Shown here: piece after piece, positions 36,295-49,286 of the stretch
Numbering within the stretch: the first letter of the stretch is position 1
Layout of the letters: each line of letters opens with the position of its first letter
From: Botryllus schlosseri
Taxonomy: Eukaryota
Length of the DNA stretch: 64,000 nt
Assembly: GCA_051294905.1 (NCBI GenBank)
Contig: CM119373.1
Coordinates: 30,132,001 to 30,196,000 of the forward strand
Direction of reading: 5' to 3'
The notes under the pieces: model-generated
The model's input: the letters and a program-made list of their open reading frames with translations, nothing else
Told to the model about the DNA's origin: nothing
The model's database searches: none
Translations under genes and position numbers: made by a program

Positions 36295-37226
36295 ATAGGT
36301 GACGGTGAGGTGATGGTTTAATTTATGGTCTGGGCGGGTGGCTTCGGCGGCTCGTCGGGCCTATTTATTTTTCGCAAGGCGGCAAGTTGAAAAACGTCAG
36401 CAAGGTTCGCCGGCTCTTTTTTTCATTAAAGAATTCGACGAGTCCAAAAAAGTCCTCGGGGTGCCCGAAAAAAGGACAAGGAGGAGGACAAGGCAATGAG
36501 TCGAATGAGCGGATTGGAAACCCGGCCCTCGTTTGTGCCAACAAACGCACTGGTCATTTTGAATTGCAAGTCAACTTCAAGGTGCCTGTTTGTCACCTGC
36601 TGAAGAACGTACGGATTGGGGACGTGACAAAAAAAGTTGTAATAATATTTGCACTTGAAAAGAACCGAGGCTTGATTCCACAAAGTCTGGTGAGGGCGGT
36701 CAATGCGGTATTTGTCGAATAGAAAAATTCGGTAAGTTTGGCAACTTGTAGGTGATAGGTGACGGTGAGGTGATGGTTTAATTTGGGGTCTGGGTGGGTG
36801 GTTTCGGCGGCTCGTCGGGCCTATTTATTTTTCGCAAGGCGGCAAGTTGAAAAACGTCAGCAAGGTTCCCAAGGTCGAGTCGCCGGCTCGCGGCCGCTCT
36901 TTTTTCTTTAAAGAATTCGACGAGTCCAAAAAAGTCCTTGGGGTACCCGAAAAACGACTACTATGGAAAGGAGTCGAATGAGCGGGTTGGAAACCCGGCC
37001 CTCGTCTGTGCCAACAGACGCACTGGTCATTTTGAATTGCAAGTCAACTTCAAGGTGCCTGTTTTTCACCTGCTGAAGAATGTACGGATTGGGGACAACG
37101 TGACAAAAAAGTTGTAATAATATTTGCACTTGAAAAAAAAACCGGGGCTTGATTCCACAAGGCTGGTGAGGGCGGCCAATGCGGTATTTGGCGAAGAGAA
37201 AAATTTGGTAAGTTTAGCAACTTGTT
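36295..37226. repeat. Tandem duplication of a ~460-bp unit (36295-36754, 36755-37226)
   Basis: Both copies begin ATAGGTGACGGTGAGGTGATGGTTTAATTT and end GGTAAGTTT(G/A)GCAACTTGT. Confidence 0.9.
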
Positions 37227-38200
37227 CGGTACGGCAGATGTTGCACTGCCTGGAAATCATGCTTTTTGATTTGTGAAAAAATACCAAATTATCTCTGCAT
37301 CTTCTTCCAGCGGACATGATGTTTGTAGTGGTCGCATAAAATGCATATATATATATATTTGAAATTTCCACATCCGTTTTGCTTTGACGTCATAAATAAT
37401 GACACTTGAATACTCGACTCGGAGTCCGACACTCTATTTTGAATCGAATCACTCGGGCTCTTGTTTTTGCTTTCACTACTGAATATGCGTTTTCCATCCT
37501 GCTATTACAAAAGTAAGCAACCTATGACTTGACACAAGTAGTATGCGGCACTCCGGTCAATTCCACTATTACTACTTCAAATATGAATAGATTTGCAATG
37601 CTTAGTACTGTGACCAACTCTACGAATGTCAGGCAACCGTCAGAAGTAGAAAAAGCTAGTACATCGTGCACTAGTAAGTAAAATTATGCGTTACCTTTCA
37701 TCCCATACCAAATATCGTTGTGCAATTTTATGCCATGGTAACCTCGTCATTTTTCTGGATAGAATTCAAGCGAGTATGTCAGACATTTGCCAACCTGTGT
37801 CAGCGGAGATGCTGCATACAAGTGCAAGGTTTGCGTGTTTGATGAATTTTATCAATTTTATTTTGTAGTCATGACGATAGTGGGCATGGCATGCGTTCAG
37901 CTTGATATGGCTGCACTCATAATTGGCGTTTCTCTGTGGGCAGCACTATGGCAAAGATATCCATATCCAATTTAATTTGAGGCCATGTCATATTTTAAGC
38001 GCAGTGCTCCTTTGACAGCTTTTGGAAGGTCTCTCTGGCAGACCTAGATACCCATTATTCCCGTCGTTCCCCATACTGTTATCCAATTTCCTTACTTAAC
38101 GTTGAGAAATTTAGCTACGGACGGGTAAATAGAGGGAGCAATGGCAAGCTATTATCATCAATATCCAGAGTTGGATCAATTACATTAATTCAGTTAAATA

Positions 38201-38455
38201 ATTACTCCCTTACATGTTTCAATTACATTACAATTACTTAGTGCCCGAAATAGCAAATTACAATTAAAAATACTGGTCGAACATCTAATATTCAAATTGA
38301 ATAGGCAGAGAAAAGATTATATTTACTCCCTTACATGTTTCAATTACATTACTATTACTTAGTGCCCAAAATAGCAAATTACAATTACAAATACTGGTCG
38401 AACATCTAATGTTCTAATTGAATACATCTAATATTCTAATTGAATAGGTAGAGAG
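38201..38455. repeat. ~122-bp tandem duplication
   Basis: TTACTCCCTTACATGTTTCAATTACATTAC...ATACTGGTCGAACATCTAAT x2. Confidence 0.9.
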
Positions 38456-38558
38456 TGAAATATATTTAGCTGCTGCTTGTCAGTTCATTTCCTTTTCGGG
38501 GTCGTTAAATTCGGTGCGTAAAGCAATTTATTTGAAAATTATCTCACCATTTAAGCGG

Positions 38559-38684
38559 GTAACAGGTTTATTGTAAGCAGCACTTGAGCGGACTGACAAA
38601 AACACACAATCGATGGCTTTATATATAAAGCAACATGAAAATAAGAGAAGCACTGTACGCTTCGATAACCGCCGTGGTGGCGCC
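38559..38684 (-). mobile_element. LTR fragment related to the Gypsy LTR at 45790-45948
   Basis: Shared TTATTGTAAGCAGCACTTGAGC, CTTTATATATAAAGC and AGCACTGTACGCTTCGAT. Confidence 0.75.
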
Positions 38685-39500
38685 AACTCACTGCGCAGGC
38701 CCTCGGACAACAGTGCGCAATCACCCTGCAATATGATGATAAAACTAACTACTGGGGCGGCTTCGCCCCCCAGACCCCCCTACGGCTCTAGGCTTCTTCC
38801 GGTACTTATGTACTTTGGGTGCCCATTTAGTAGTAGCGTCTCTAAACGCGCGAAGCGCGAAAAAAATTCTTTAATTCATGATTGCATCGACCAATATGAT
38901 CTGGAATTGCATATATATTGCTATCAATTTTTATCCTCTCCCTGCTCACATAATCAGATTTACCGGTAGAGCTGAACCAGTGAGGTGTGTTGGAATAGAG
39001 GGGCCCTCTAGATAATAATAAAACATTTTCGGGCGTACCCGTTAATTTAATGACTTCGTTACATGATGCTATTTTGGCACCCCCCCCCCCCCCTATCTGC
39101 TATGTCAAAAGATATTGAATTCGCCCAAACTTAAAAGGCACACATGATTTCAAATTGGTATTGCTTTACTGGCAAATAATTTTTCTCTTGCGGGATGGCA
39201 TTTGTCATGTGGGGTTTAGATCGCCAGGACAGGAACATTCGGCGCCAGCCATTTAGCTGCCTATAAACATATGTATGATTGTATATTGTATATATATCGA
39301 AGTTTTCGGTCACCACAAGGGCATTTCTTCGCGGCCAAGGTATTCTCGCTGCTTATCGTTCTGGCACGCACCTCTCGGAGTCGCATGTTACATCGCCTAT
39401 AACTTCATATGTCTTGGCTGAAGCCGAAGTCTCCATTTCTATAAATTCTACGTATTTTCGTGGGGGAAGGGTACCCAATAATCAAAATATTAGGCAATAT
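38682..39500 (+). mobile_element. Truncated copy of the 16761-18311 hAT family
   Basis: Colinear with about 16800-17630 (GCCAACTCACTGCGCAGGCCCTCGGACAACAGTGCGCAA, GATCGCCAGGACAGGAACATTCGGCGCCAGCCATTTAG). The TIRs are absent. Confidence 0.85.
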
Positions 39501-39932
39501 TAAAAAAATCTGAATAAGTGACATAAACTTCCAAAAAAGTTAACTGATAAAGGTAATTGCGCATGTGTCTCCGTGAATATGAAGACTGTGCTGTAGATAA
39601 TTTTGAACAAACGCGTTTATTCCCCACCAGAAACCATTGAATTCCCAACCAGTGGGTAATTCCCCACCATTTGGGAACCACTGCTCTAAACGATAATAGA
39701 TAGCAGCCGAAGCCTGCGAGGCCCGCCTCGCGATAGTTCAGGCCAGCGACATCTTGCGCACGGATACGATTGCTCAGGTCAACGATTATGTCGTGCGCAT
39801 CCGGCCTGTTGTAGATGTGTTTAGCCCAGCGATGACAACTTGCGCGCACGACGTGTTGTCTATGCGACTGTTCGGCCCTGTCGCAGACGCGATGAAGGAA
39901 TGAGGATTGCCGCGTGCGCGAGTGCAGCAATC

Positions 39933-40370
39933 AATGAACTAATTTCGCTGGTGTACAAACGGCGAACCAACTCGGCAGGAGATCGTTTGTTGTTGTGCAG
40001 TGCAGACGCTAGCTAATTAGCAACACGCTAATTGGCAGCGAGTAACACTTATAATACCAATTACGGGCATGATGGCTGAATGTGATAAATGCGAATAAAA
40101 CAAACACAAGAAAGGTCAAGGGTTGTTGTGCCCATGCGTAATACGCACCCCTGATTTTAGGACAAAAACCAGGAAAATTATGCGCATTATGATTACGGTA
40201 CAGGACTAGATGGTTACTTAGTTTTTATTTTGTGTCACACCAAAGTTTCATTTGCCATTCCTATCAGGTGATGTCTTCGATCCTAGCTGGATACAAATTG
40301 ATGAAGAACAGAGATACAAATGAAATTGATGAAAATTTTCACAACTTATAAACGGCTAGATGAACCCATG
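39933..40370 (+). repeat. Dispersed repeat, copy 2 (partner 35281-35900)
   Basis: Same shared blocks as copy 1, with an internal deletion. Confidence 0.8.
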
Positions 40371-40843
40371 CATTTTTTCACGGCTTGCTGTACCCTTGCA
40401 TAATACACACCCCCGATTTTAGGACAAAAAGTCAGAAAAATTTTGCGCATTATACATGTATAATTACGGTATTTAGCGTATAATTTCAAACTGTATGATT
40501 TCAAAATTTGAGAAAAACCTCGCGGCACCCATGTGAGACGTGGATGACACACCGGTTGAGAACCACTGTCCTGAGGGATGGGGATGATTATAAGTGGAGC
40601 TTAACAAGGTGTGCCAAGTGAAAAAAGTATGGGAACCTTCGGCTCGGTTTACCATATTTCAAACTTACGCTGTAATTCTAATTCTAATCTAATTTAAAAT
40701 AAAATTGTGTAGCTCTAATTCCAATTACTCTCTAATTTGGTAAAACATTCGCAGCTTCAATTCTAGTTCTAATACGGTTGAGAAAAAGCTGAAAATTCTC
40801 TATTTCTCAAATTCTGCTCTCTTAATCTTGCTTTTTTTTCCAG

Positions 40844-41975
40844 TGCGGCATCTGATACCCCAGTCATAATATCACTCTACATGAGCAGGGACCTGTGTTC
40901 CAGCACGGATGAGGAGCGTCCGCTCATCTACGAGGCTGTCGAGGACGCAAGTCCCACCAATGATCAGATTATTCCGGACTCTCCTCATGATGTGAGTTTG
41001 TCAATGCAATTTCGCTTCGGGCTCAACCGTTGGAACAAGACAAGTTCATTCGTAAGTAAAATCTCATTGCCGGATGTTCGACCTCATACGTTGGATGGTC
41101 GCCGAAGATTTCATTTCATTTTAAGAATTCAGCGAAACATCTGGATCAGACCACTGTGAAAACACGATCTTCAAGATTGGTGGGTGTACAGTCGACCCAA
41201 GATCCATGGACACCTTGAAAGATGGAAACTGGTTCGATGATAAGGTATTGGATATTGATATTATATTATAATTCTATCACTGTCATCATTCCTTACAGGT
41301 TATGGACAGTGTTATGTTCAATTGGTCATCCGATAAGGTAGGCGAGTATGAGTGGTATGACTCATTAGCTGTTTTCTTAGTTGAAACCTCTGATTCTTCC
41401 AGAACTCCTTTCGGTCAATTTCATCTCTTTTTTCAACGAGTTGGTTCATCGATAAGAGGGACGTTACCGGCGATATTAAGGTTTTGAATAAAGGTTCGCT
41501 GGTTACATCATTGAATGTTTCTACATCACCAAATAGCGAAAAGAATCACTGGATATTATTGGTAAGTCTGGCTCTCCTAATGATTGCATCGAAATAATAG
41601 TATCCACGAAAACCAACTATCTCGTGACAGGCGATTGATTCCTCCTCAAATCCGATCAAGATAACGGTTTACGACCCTCTGGGAAATGAGTCCTATTACA
41701 AGCCAACAATTGAAACGAGATTCAGGTTTGTTTCACTTATTGCAGACCCATTCATTGTAGTAGTGTATAAAAAAAATGATGTATTCCACGAGTATGACTA
41801 TGCTATATTTTTCCATAGCAATGATATTTATCTTTTGTTGCTACGAATTTCAATTTTTGGCAATGATGAGTTAACAAAGACTTACGTAAAGAGTACATAT
41901 CTACGGAAACGTTGATGTATTTGTATATGTTATGTGTTACACGAGGAAATAACTTCTAGCTATAAGACAGTATGG
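40844..41975 (+). pseudogene. Multi-exon Ulp1/SENP-like cysteine protease (peptidase C48-like), final exon broken
   Basis: Exons 41133-41244, 41299-41337, 41403-41561 and 41631-41725 splice in frame via GT-AG introns of 54, 65 and 69 nt. The product reads MDTLKDGNWFDDK|VMDSVM..NHWILL|AID..ITVYDPLG (WLxD, HW and YDS-like motifs). The catalytic Cys region appears only as an out-of-frame GNVDVFV. Confidence 0.7.
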
Positions 41976-42189
41976 TTACCGTAGTAACGATACAAAAACA
42001 ATGTAACGAATGCATATTTGGTTATAAATAACCGAAGACAACAACACTGGACCAATGAAATACTTCGAGCGAGTAGAGGGCTTCCTTTTGACCACTGAGA
42101 ATCGGCTTTCGCAACTTTAAGATCTTGGTTCTGTGACCGATGGCTGGCAAGTAATATAAACTAGATTACAATTTGTTTTAGATCATACA

Positions 42190-42635
42190 AGAGGTTTGGT
42201 TAAATGTGAGTACAGACCACAACGAGCAGTCTATAGAACAGAGACATGTACTTTGCCATTATAAATTACTTTACCATTAGTTTCCGATAACGTAAGCTGT
42301 AAGCTCCGATCACTTCGTTTGCGGTCAATTTATTTGTGATAGACCAATGGAAGTTCAGTAAAACACACAATCTTTTAGTCATGGCTTACTCTCACAATGC
42401 ACACCAGCGTATCCGCGCAATCCAAATATATGGAAAATCAGCCATTTTCATCGACACCGCTACTTAATGACAAGAAATTGACTCATAAATTTTTGTCCGG
42501 CTCACGAGTCAATCCTAATTTTTGAAACGTCGAGCCAAGTCAAGTAATTTTTGCAAATTGACTTGAATCAAGTCATACGAAATAGGTGATCCGAGTCTGA
42601 TCCGAGTCTAACTGACTCATGACTCAAGTCATCTT
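42190..42635 (-). mobile_element. Inverted partial copy of the 52961-53934 hAT MITE family
   Basis: CGATCACTTCGTTTGCGGTCAATTTATTTGTGA matches the reverse complement of about 53275-53310. GACTCA/GAGTC repeats lie at its right end. Confidence 0.8.
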
Positions 42636-43970
42636 AATCCTCATTATCCATACTTTATTCGAAGTGTCAAGAAAACTCATCGAACTCGTCGGAAATTACT
42701 CAGACGGAAACCATCGAACTCGTCGGAAATTACTCAGACGGAAACCAAACTTGGACGATAAAAACTGATGACCATAAAATACAGCAGGACGGATGTAATT
42801 GCGGAGTGCTGGTCTAGAAAGTAAACCAAATCAATTTCAAAGATGATTCAGAATTAATCCAAGTATCTTCATTTATTGATGATTGACTATGCTCCGTATC
42901 AACCATATGCAGTTCGCGCAACATTATTTACAAGGCGGCAATTACATGTTTGCCTATGACCGAGAGGCCTGCAGGAACTACCGGAAAAATTTCACTAAAA
43001 TGATTCTCTCGTGGGAGGTAACGGCATATACCAATAACCAACTAACCATGGTTAATTCGAGGCTCTTCTATTTTTCCAGTCGAACGAAAAGATCAAGGGT
43101 AAGTTTCAAAAAGTTGACTTATTACATACCGCACTTACGACCGGTGAGTGACTTGCCAAAGTAGGTTGGTTACGATTGATTGACTTAATTCTGATCCAAA
43201 AGTTGATTTGTCGCCGGACTTGAGCAAGTCAGTATGTGCTTGACTTGAGACCTATTTAGCAAGTCAGTATGTGCTTGACTTGAGACCTATTTATGTCTAG
43301 TCCTGCACGGTTACTCGTGTCGAAACATGTCTGACTGTGGCAATTGAAGTAATAAATTTGATTCGTAGTAGGCTTACAGCTACTTCATGCAAAAGTGCAG
43401 AGAGTGTGAGGAGTAACAGTATTATAGCCTATATGAAGAGATAAAGTAATATGCTGCAGCTGGGGCTGGGACCAACTGCAATAGCTTGTTCAGAACTAGA
43501 ATCGGGAAAAAAAGTTTTGAGCAGAGTGTAAAACGTTTTTCGATACTTGCTACCGATATTGTCATATTAACAAGTTACACAGCAGTAGCCAACACCCCAA
43601 TAGCACGGATTGGGTTTTTATGATGCAATAAACAAACATTTAATCAAGAACCGCATACGCCTGTTGGATTTTTTACATTAGATTGGTTGCATAACCATCA
43701 TTGGCTGACTACCTACTCTACATGTATTGTAGTGTATTTCGTTCTTGATGTTGCGTGATTGCGGGTCAAGCTCACAGCAGAGAGTCACTAAAACGTCGAG
43801 CAAAGTTTTGTAACAAAGCAAGTAAAATTTGTGAGGTTTTCAAGGCGCATGCTCGTTCAGTGTTGATTTTTTTTTATACTGCGAACATCATGCATTTAGT
43901 GGTCCGCAGTTGAAGTGCAATATATTTCAACCAAATATGCTATAATGTGCAATACATTTCAACCAAAGAT

Positions 43971-44620
43971 GTTGGGATCATTGCTTTGTTTTTAGTTCTG
44001 GGTTATAGTGATATGCTGACAGTGTTTATAGCCATTCTTGGTATTGTTAACTTCCTATTTGGTATATCATGCCGACAGGATGCTTCAATAAAGTACAGTA
44101 AAGTACAGTAGTTGGTGTATCGTGCGCGACTCTTGAATCACCCGCATACATGAGGTAGTCTGTATGTTACAGAGGAGCAGCCGATCAACTTAGAGGCCAC
44201 ATGGGGTTTGCAAGTGGGTCACTTGAGTGGTAATGACGTTATTTTAATCGCATCGACGAGTGATGCTTGAAATATCAAAACAGTCGTTACTCCACGTCCC
44301 ATCTTCGTTGACGCCGAAAAACCTAGCTGATAACTATGTTCTACTTGTTGTTTTCCACTACAATCATGATATGAACAAGATTATTTGCCTCTACAAATAT
44401 CGATATTATGAGTATCTCATCATTCTCGTTAATTTCGAGGATAAGAAACGTTTCAGAGTACGAGCAAACACACATTGCCGTTGTACCTTGCCCACCAGAC
44501 TTACTACGAATATATGTTTGTAAGGGGTAAAGCGGTCGTCCACGTTATAGCTTCCTGAAGAATCATGTAAACAGGGCCCTTTTACGAGTCAGCTCGGAGA
44601 TGAGGCGTGACGTCACCAGA
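43971..44620 (+). repeat. Direct repeat copy A (partner 50312-51032)
   Basis: High similarity from GTTGGGAT.ATTGCTTTGTTTTTAGTTCTGGG to GAGGCGTGACGTCACCAGAG. Confidence 0.9.
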
Positions 44621-44650
44621 GACGACTTGAACGCCAAGCCGAGTCGAACA

Positions 44651-45948
44651 TGTAACCAGACCTATTGTCTCCGGCTTCAGCAGCTGTCGACTGAAACAGG
44701 CCAGGGGACATTCCTAGTCGACCAGTTCTAGGACTCCAATTACCGTGGAAGGAAGTCGGCTCCAAAGAGTGGTCGAGCGACGTCGGCCATGACCAAGGTT
44801 CATTTGAATGTCCGCGGGGAAGCTGAGCGTCAAGTTCTTGTGACCTTACGTGGTTATTGTGTTGCCGTTTGCCACTTGTAACGGAGCGTGATTATCGTTG
44901 AATCGGCGTTCGTAATTTGTAGGCGGTATAAGACACTCAACTTCCGCGTCGGTGTCTTTCAAGAAATTTTTCGGGAGACAATATAATGAACTAAAAAGAA
45001 GCTGGGATGTTGACCATTTGATTCATACATCCAAGGGCAACCGACCGCCAGTGTCCCTGATAGGAACAAGGAGAGCATTAGCGTGCTTCGTCGCAGAACG
45101 TATTGTGATAGTAGCACATCCACGCAGAAGTACTGCTGCTATCTGTAAGTTAATCGCATATTCTGCGTCTGTTGTGTTACGTGCGAATCATAGCAAGACT
45201 CCGTCCTTGCAACGTGCGAGCCATGGCAAGTCTGCGTCTGTGCAACGTGCGAGCCATAGCAAGTCTGCTCGGTTGGCAAAGTCCCTAGGATCTGTGATAT
45301 TTTGCTCGACGAGTACGAGTCGTATGTATAACCTCGTGCATATGCTGCAAGACATGTTCGACGTCCATGAGCGCGGGAGTCTTTGGATTGCTCGAACGCG
45401 GCATGCTGATTAGTCGCTCAGCGCGCTCTCGTTGTGGAATGTCGAAAATGTCAAGGAGGCGTTGATCAAGTGCTGTGTAACTGTTCTCCTCTAGAGGTTG
45501 CTCTGAAATGTCGACGAAACGACTTGCTGTTTCTTGGTCTAATGAGGAGATCACGTAGTAGAACTTCGTACGGTCTACTGTGATTCCTCGACTCTGGAAC
45601 TGTACGTTGACCTGGCAAAACCAGGTGCGCGGCACAAAACGAAGGAAGCTTGATAGCCACTGCGTTCTCCGCTGGTGTATCTAAACCTAGCCACTGCGTT
45701 CTCCGCTGGTGTATCTAAACCTGTCTGATTGTAGGGATTCTGCTGCGTAAACTATTCAGAATTCTCTGGCTCGCGAGGCAAGAAGCGAGTAACAAGTTAT
45801 TGTAAGCAGCACTTGAGCTAACTGAACATAGGTGTATGAAACGCCCAACAGTGGCCAACACAGCTGTATGAAACGCCTTTATATATAAAGCGAGAGAGCA
45901 CTGTACGCTTCGATGAACACAGTGGTGGTGCCGCATGGTGTCGCCACA
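44651..45948 (-). mobile_element. Gypsy/Ty3 LTR retrotransposon fragment: 5' LTR, gag N-terminus, aspartic protease
   Basis: Minus strand: LTR start TGTGGCG with TATATAAA. Gag AVAIKLPSF..PRTWFCQVNVQFQSRGIT.DRTKFYYVISSLD. Protease FLKDTDAEV..LQVANGNTITT*G..ADVARPLFGADFL. Truncated before RT. Confidence 0.88.
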
Positions 45949-47302
45949 TTATATTTTTTCGATCGCCAGTGCCAGTACTTCAAACGAATCGTAAATTGAT
46001 GAGATTTTCCCAGAAATAGCGAAATGCAGAATGCTCCGACACGTGGATATCTTACCTTCACACCACCGTGGATGATTAAATTCTAACAGTCGCAAGGCGA
46101 TAAATATGACAATTTACCATACCACTACCATACCAATTTCACCAACGAATACCAAGAACACCATACCACTACCATACCAATTCCACCAACGAATACCAAG
46201 AAAACAGGTCAACTGCATCTTCATAGACAACTTTGCAGAATCATGTTCAGAATTTTTTTCATACCGAAATTACCGACTTTCCGTGTTTCAACTCAATCGG
46301 AATTTGTCGTAATCTTGTCTCAAAGTCCCAATATTGGTATGTTTACAGAAAAAACAGAATGTGCATTGTGACGTCAGGTACATGACACATTTTCTCGTCA
46401 CCGGTCACAGCGGCTGTTAGTGTTCTCGCAGTTTTCATTCTAGTGGGCAGTGTTCTCGCAGTTTTCATTCTAGTGGGCAATGTCCTGAAATGTGGTACAC
46501 GCACAGATGAGCTAATTTCAAACAGGATGAACTTTATTTTATGAAAATTGGACGTGGGGGTCAAAAGTTACGTCACTTTGAAAATTAACAATTTTCTGAT
46601 CATTTCGGGTTTACACCTTCAGGTTTCATCAATGCAATATTAAAGAAGGTGAAGCTAGATGTTAGACCAGTGGTTCTCAACCTTTTTCATCTCGCGGACC
46701 GATAAAATTTCAGAAAATGTCTGGCGGACCGGTCCAGAAAATGTCTGGCGGAACGGTCGACTTTCAAAAATTGAAACGAAGCCAAAATGTAAAGTATGCA
46801 ACCGTGTTTGCAGTTATATGGTGCTATAGAGAGTGACATTCAGAGGGTGATTGTCATTTAGAGAGTTTTGATCGTAACTTTATTCATCTTCACGATGGCA
46901 TCCATGTGATTTTATGGTTGTGAGTCGAGGTAAAATTGCCTTGTCCAGATAAACGTGCTAATGCCGAGAGTCGTTTACAGTCGCGCCGACGGCCATGGAT
47001 TCAACCGACCACGCCAACTCGAATAATATTCTTCTGTCGGACAATATCGAGAGAAGAAGCATTTCGGAGCCGAACCAAACACCTTACCGTGCTACCTTGC
47101 TCAGTGTTCACTACCACCAGACGCGGCTTATCTTACGAATACAACGCGCCGCACGAATACACCTTACACCAGCTATACCGGCCATCCGCAAATCCGGGCC
47201 GAAAAGCACTTCGTCAGCCAAACCTAAAAACGCTGGTCTACCGGGGACAACGTGAGGTTGTTCGTGTGTCGGAGTCAACATCAGTTATGAGCAGCGGGTG
47301 TT

Positions 47303-48400
47303 TTACTTTTTTCGGTGTGTTTTTCTCGGTGTATTTTTTCTTAATGAGTGGACAGCTCAGTACATAAACACTTCTTGAATGAACTGAACAGCAGTGGGTG
47401 TTTCTATTTATTCGATGTGTTTCTTTCATCTCGGTGTTGACTTTTTTTGACTTTTTTTCTGGCAAAAGGCAAAAGAATAGGAAACAAAGTGGGTTCTTCA
47501 TGTGTCGGAGTCAACAGCAGTTATGAACTGAGCAGCGGTTCAGACCACGCTGAAGAGGTTCCGCCGGCAGTTGCTAGCAGTCCTGGTGCACCGACACTTC
47601 AGGACTCCTCTCGTGATGTGAGTTTCTCAATGCAAGTGCGCTTCTTTTACGCCAATTCTGTTCCATAAGACTAATTAGTAGTGCCTTTTTTTCGGTGTGT
47701 TTTTATCGGTGTATTTTTTTCGGTGTGTTTTTTTCGGTGTATTTTTTCTGAATGAGTGGACAGCTCAGTACATAAACACTTCTTGAATGAATTGAACAGC
47801 AGTGGGTGTTTCTATTTTTTCGGTGTGTTTTTCTTTCATCTCGGTGTTGACTTTTTTTCTGGCAGAAGGCAAAAGAATAGAAAGCAAAGTGGGTTGTTCA
47901 TGTGTCGGAGTCAACATCAGTTATGAACTGAGCAGCGGTTCAGACCACGCTGACGAGGTTCCGCCGGTAGTTGCTAGCAGTCTTGGTACCCCGACACTTC
48001 AGGACTCCTCTCGTGATGGAGTTTCTCAATGCAAGTGCGCTTCTTTTACGCCTATTCTGTTCCATAAGACTAACTAGTAGTGCCTTTTTTTCGGTGTGTT
48101 TTTATCGGTGTATTTTTTTCGGTGTATTTTTTCTTAATGAGTGGACAGCTCAGTACATAAACACTTCTTGAATGAAATTGAACAGCAGTGGGTGTTTCTA
48201 TTTTTTCGGTGTGTTTTTCTTTCATCTCGGTGTTGAGTTTTTTTGACTTTTTTTCTGGCAAAAGGCAAAAGAATAGGAAGCAAAGTGGGTTGTTCATGTG
48301 TCGGAGTCAACATCAGTTATGAACTGAGCAGCGGTTCAGACCACGCTGACGAGGTTCGGCAGGAAGTTGGCAGTCCTGGTATCCGGACACTTCGGGACTC
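47303..48400 (+). repeat. Three tandem ~400-bp units, each containing an exon-like segment
   Basis: Repeated TTAATGAGTGGACAGCTCAGTACATAAACAC...TTATGAACTGAGCAGCGGTTCAGACCACGCTGA...GGACTCCTCT, encoding YELSSGSDHA(E/D)EV..TLQDSSRD. A GTGAGT donor follows in unit 1. Confidence 0.9.
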
Positions 48401-48634
48401 CTCTTGTCGTTCTGGCAAAGGCCAAAGGAATGAACAACGTGAGGTTATTGTGTCGGATTCAATATCAGGTATGTCGGTCTTTCCGAGGTCACAAAATTTT
48501 CGAACGCGATCAAGGCATGCCGAGTGAAAGTATTGCTTGCCGGGAATTTATACTGGCTCATAGGTTAAAGCGAGTTAAAGGTATCCAATTACGTTACTGG
48601 GGCTAGATACGATCACTGATTTTTTAAAGATACA

Positions 48635-48774
48635 GTTAGCTAGAAAATCTCTAAGCCTTTCCAAATTGCGTTACTTAGTGTTAGCTAGAAAATCTCTAAG
48701 CCTTTCCAAATTGCGTTACTTAGTGTTAGCTAGAAAATCTCTAAGCCTTTCCAAATTGCGTTACTTAGTGTTAG
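48635..48774. repeat. Perfect 45-bp tandem repeat x3
   Basis: GTTAGCTAGAAAATCTCTAAGCCTTTCCAAATTGCGTTACTTAGT x3. Confidence 0.97.
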
Positions 48775-48867
48775 AAATATAGCTACACAGGTGTTTGTGA
48801 ATTATATTGGAATTAGAATTAATTCGCGAAAACTTGCAAATTGACTCGCGTTAAGCTCATATCAGAA

Positions 48868-49286
48868 CAGTGGTTCTCGACCTTTTTGACCTCGCGGCAA
48901 ACTTTGAAAATGAAAAATCGTTCGCGAGTTATCGTGTACTTACTATGCTACTTTTATCAATTTTACGAAAAAAATCGAACGAAAATTCGCCACCGTACTA
49001 GTACCAAACGAATATTTCGTTAATTCGTTAGAAAAATTCACTAAACACAAACTTTGCTGACCATCGAAATCAGACGACGGGCTTCTTCAGGGGGTAAGCG
49101 CTCAGAAGTTTGGTTTATCACGCTATGGGTGCGCAAGACAGTTTTCGAGGGGGCTAAAGAAGTGCTGTTACTGCCCTCCCTCTTACCAATTATCTCTATT
49201 TCAGTCCTTACAGTACGAGGTTGGGGGGGGGCTGGAGCACGATAAATTTTGAAGGAGGCGCTGGAGAAAATGGTTGAGAACTACTG
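48868..49286. mobile_element. hAT-type MITE (CAGTGGTTCTC TIR)
   Basis: CAGTGGTTCTCGACC pairs with GGTTGAGAACTACTG, but the TSD is not conserved. Another left end lies at 46668. Confidence 0.55.

Noticed and set aside
46668-49286. Composite Pack-hAT carrying the triplicated exons
   Set aside because: The flanks TGTTAGAC and CTCTAGAC match only 5 of 8, which target preference could explain. A nearer left TIR exists at 48868.
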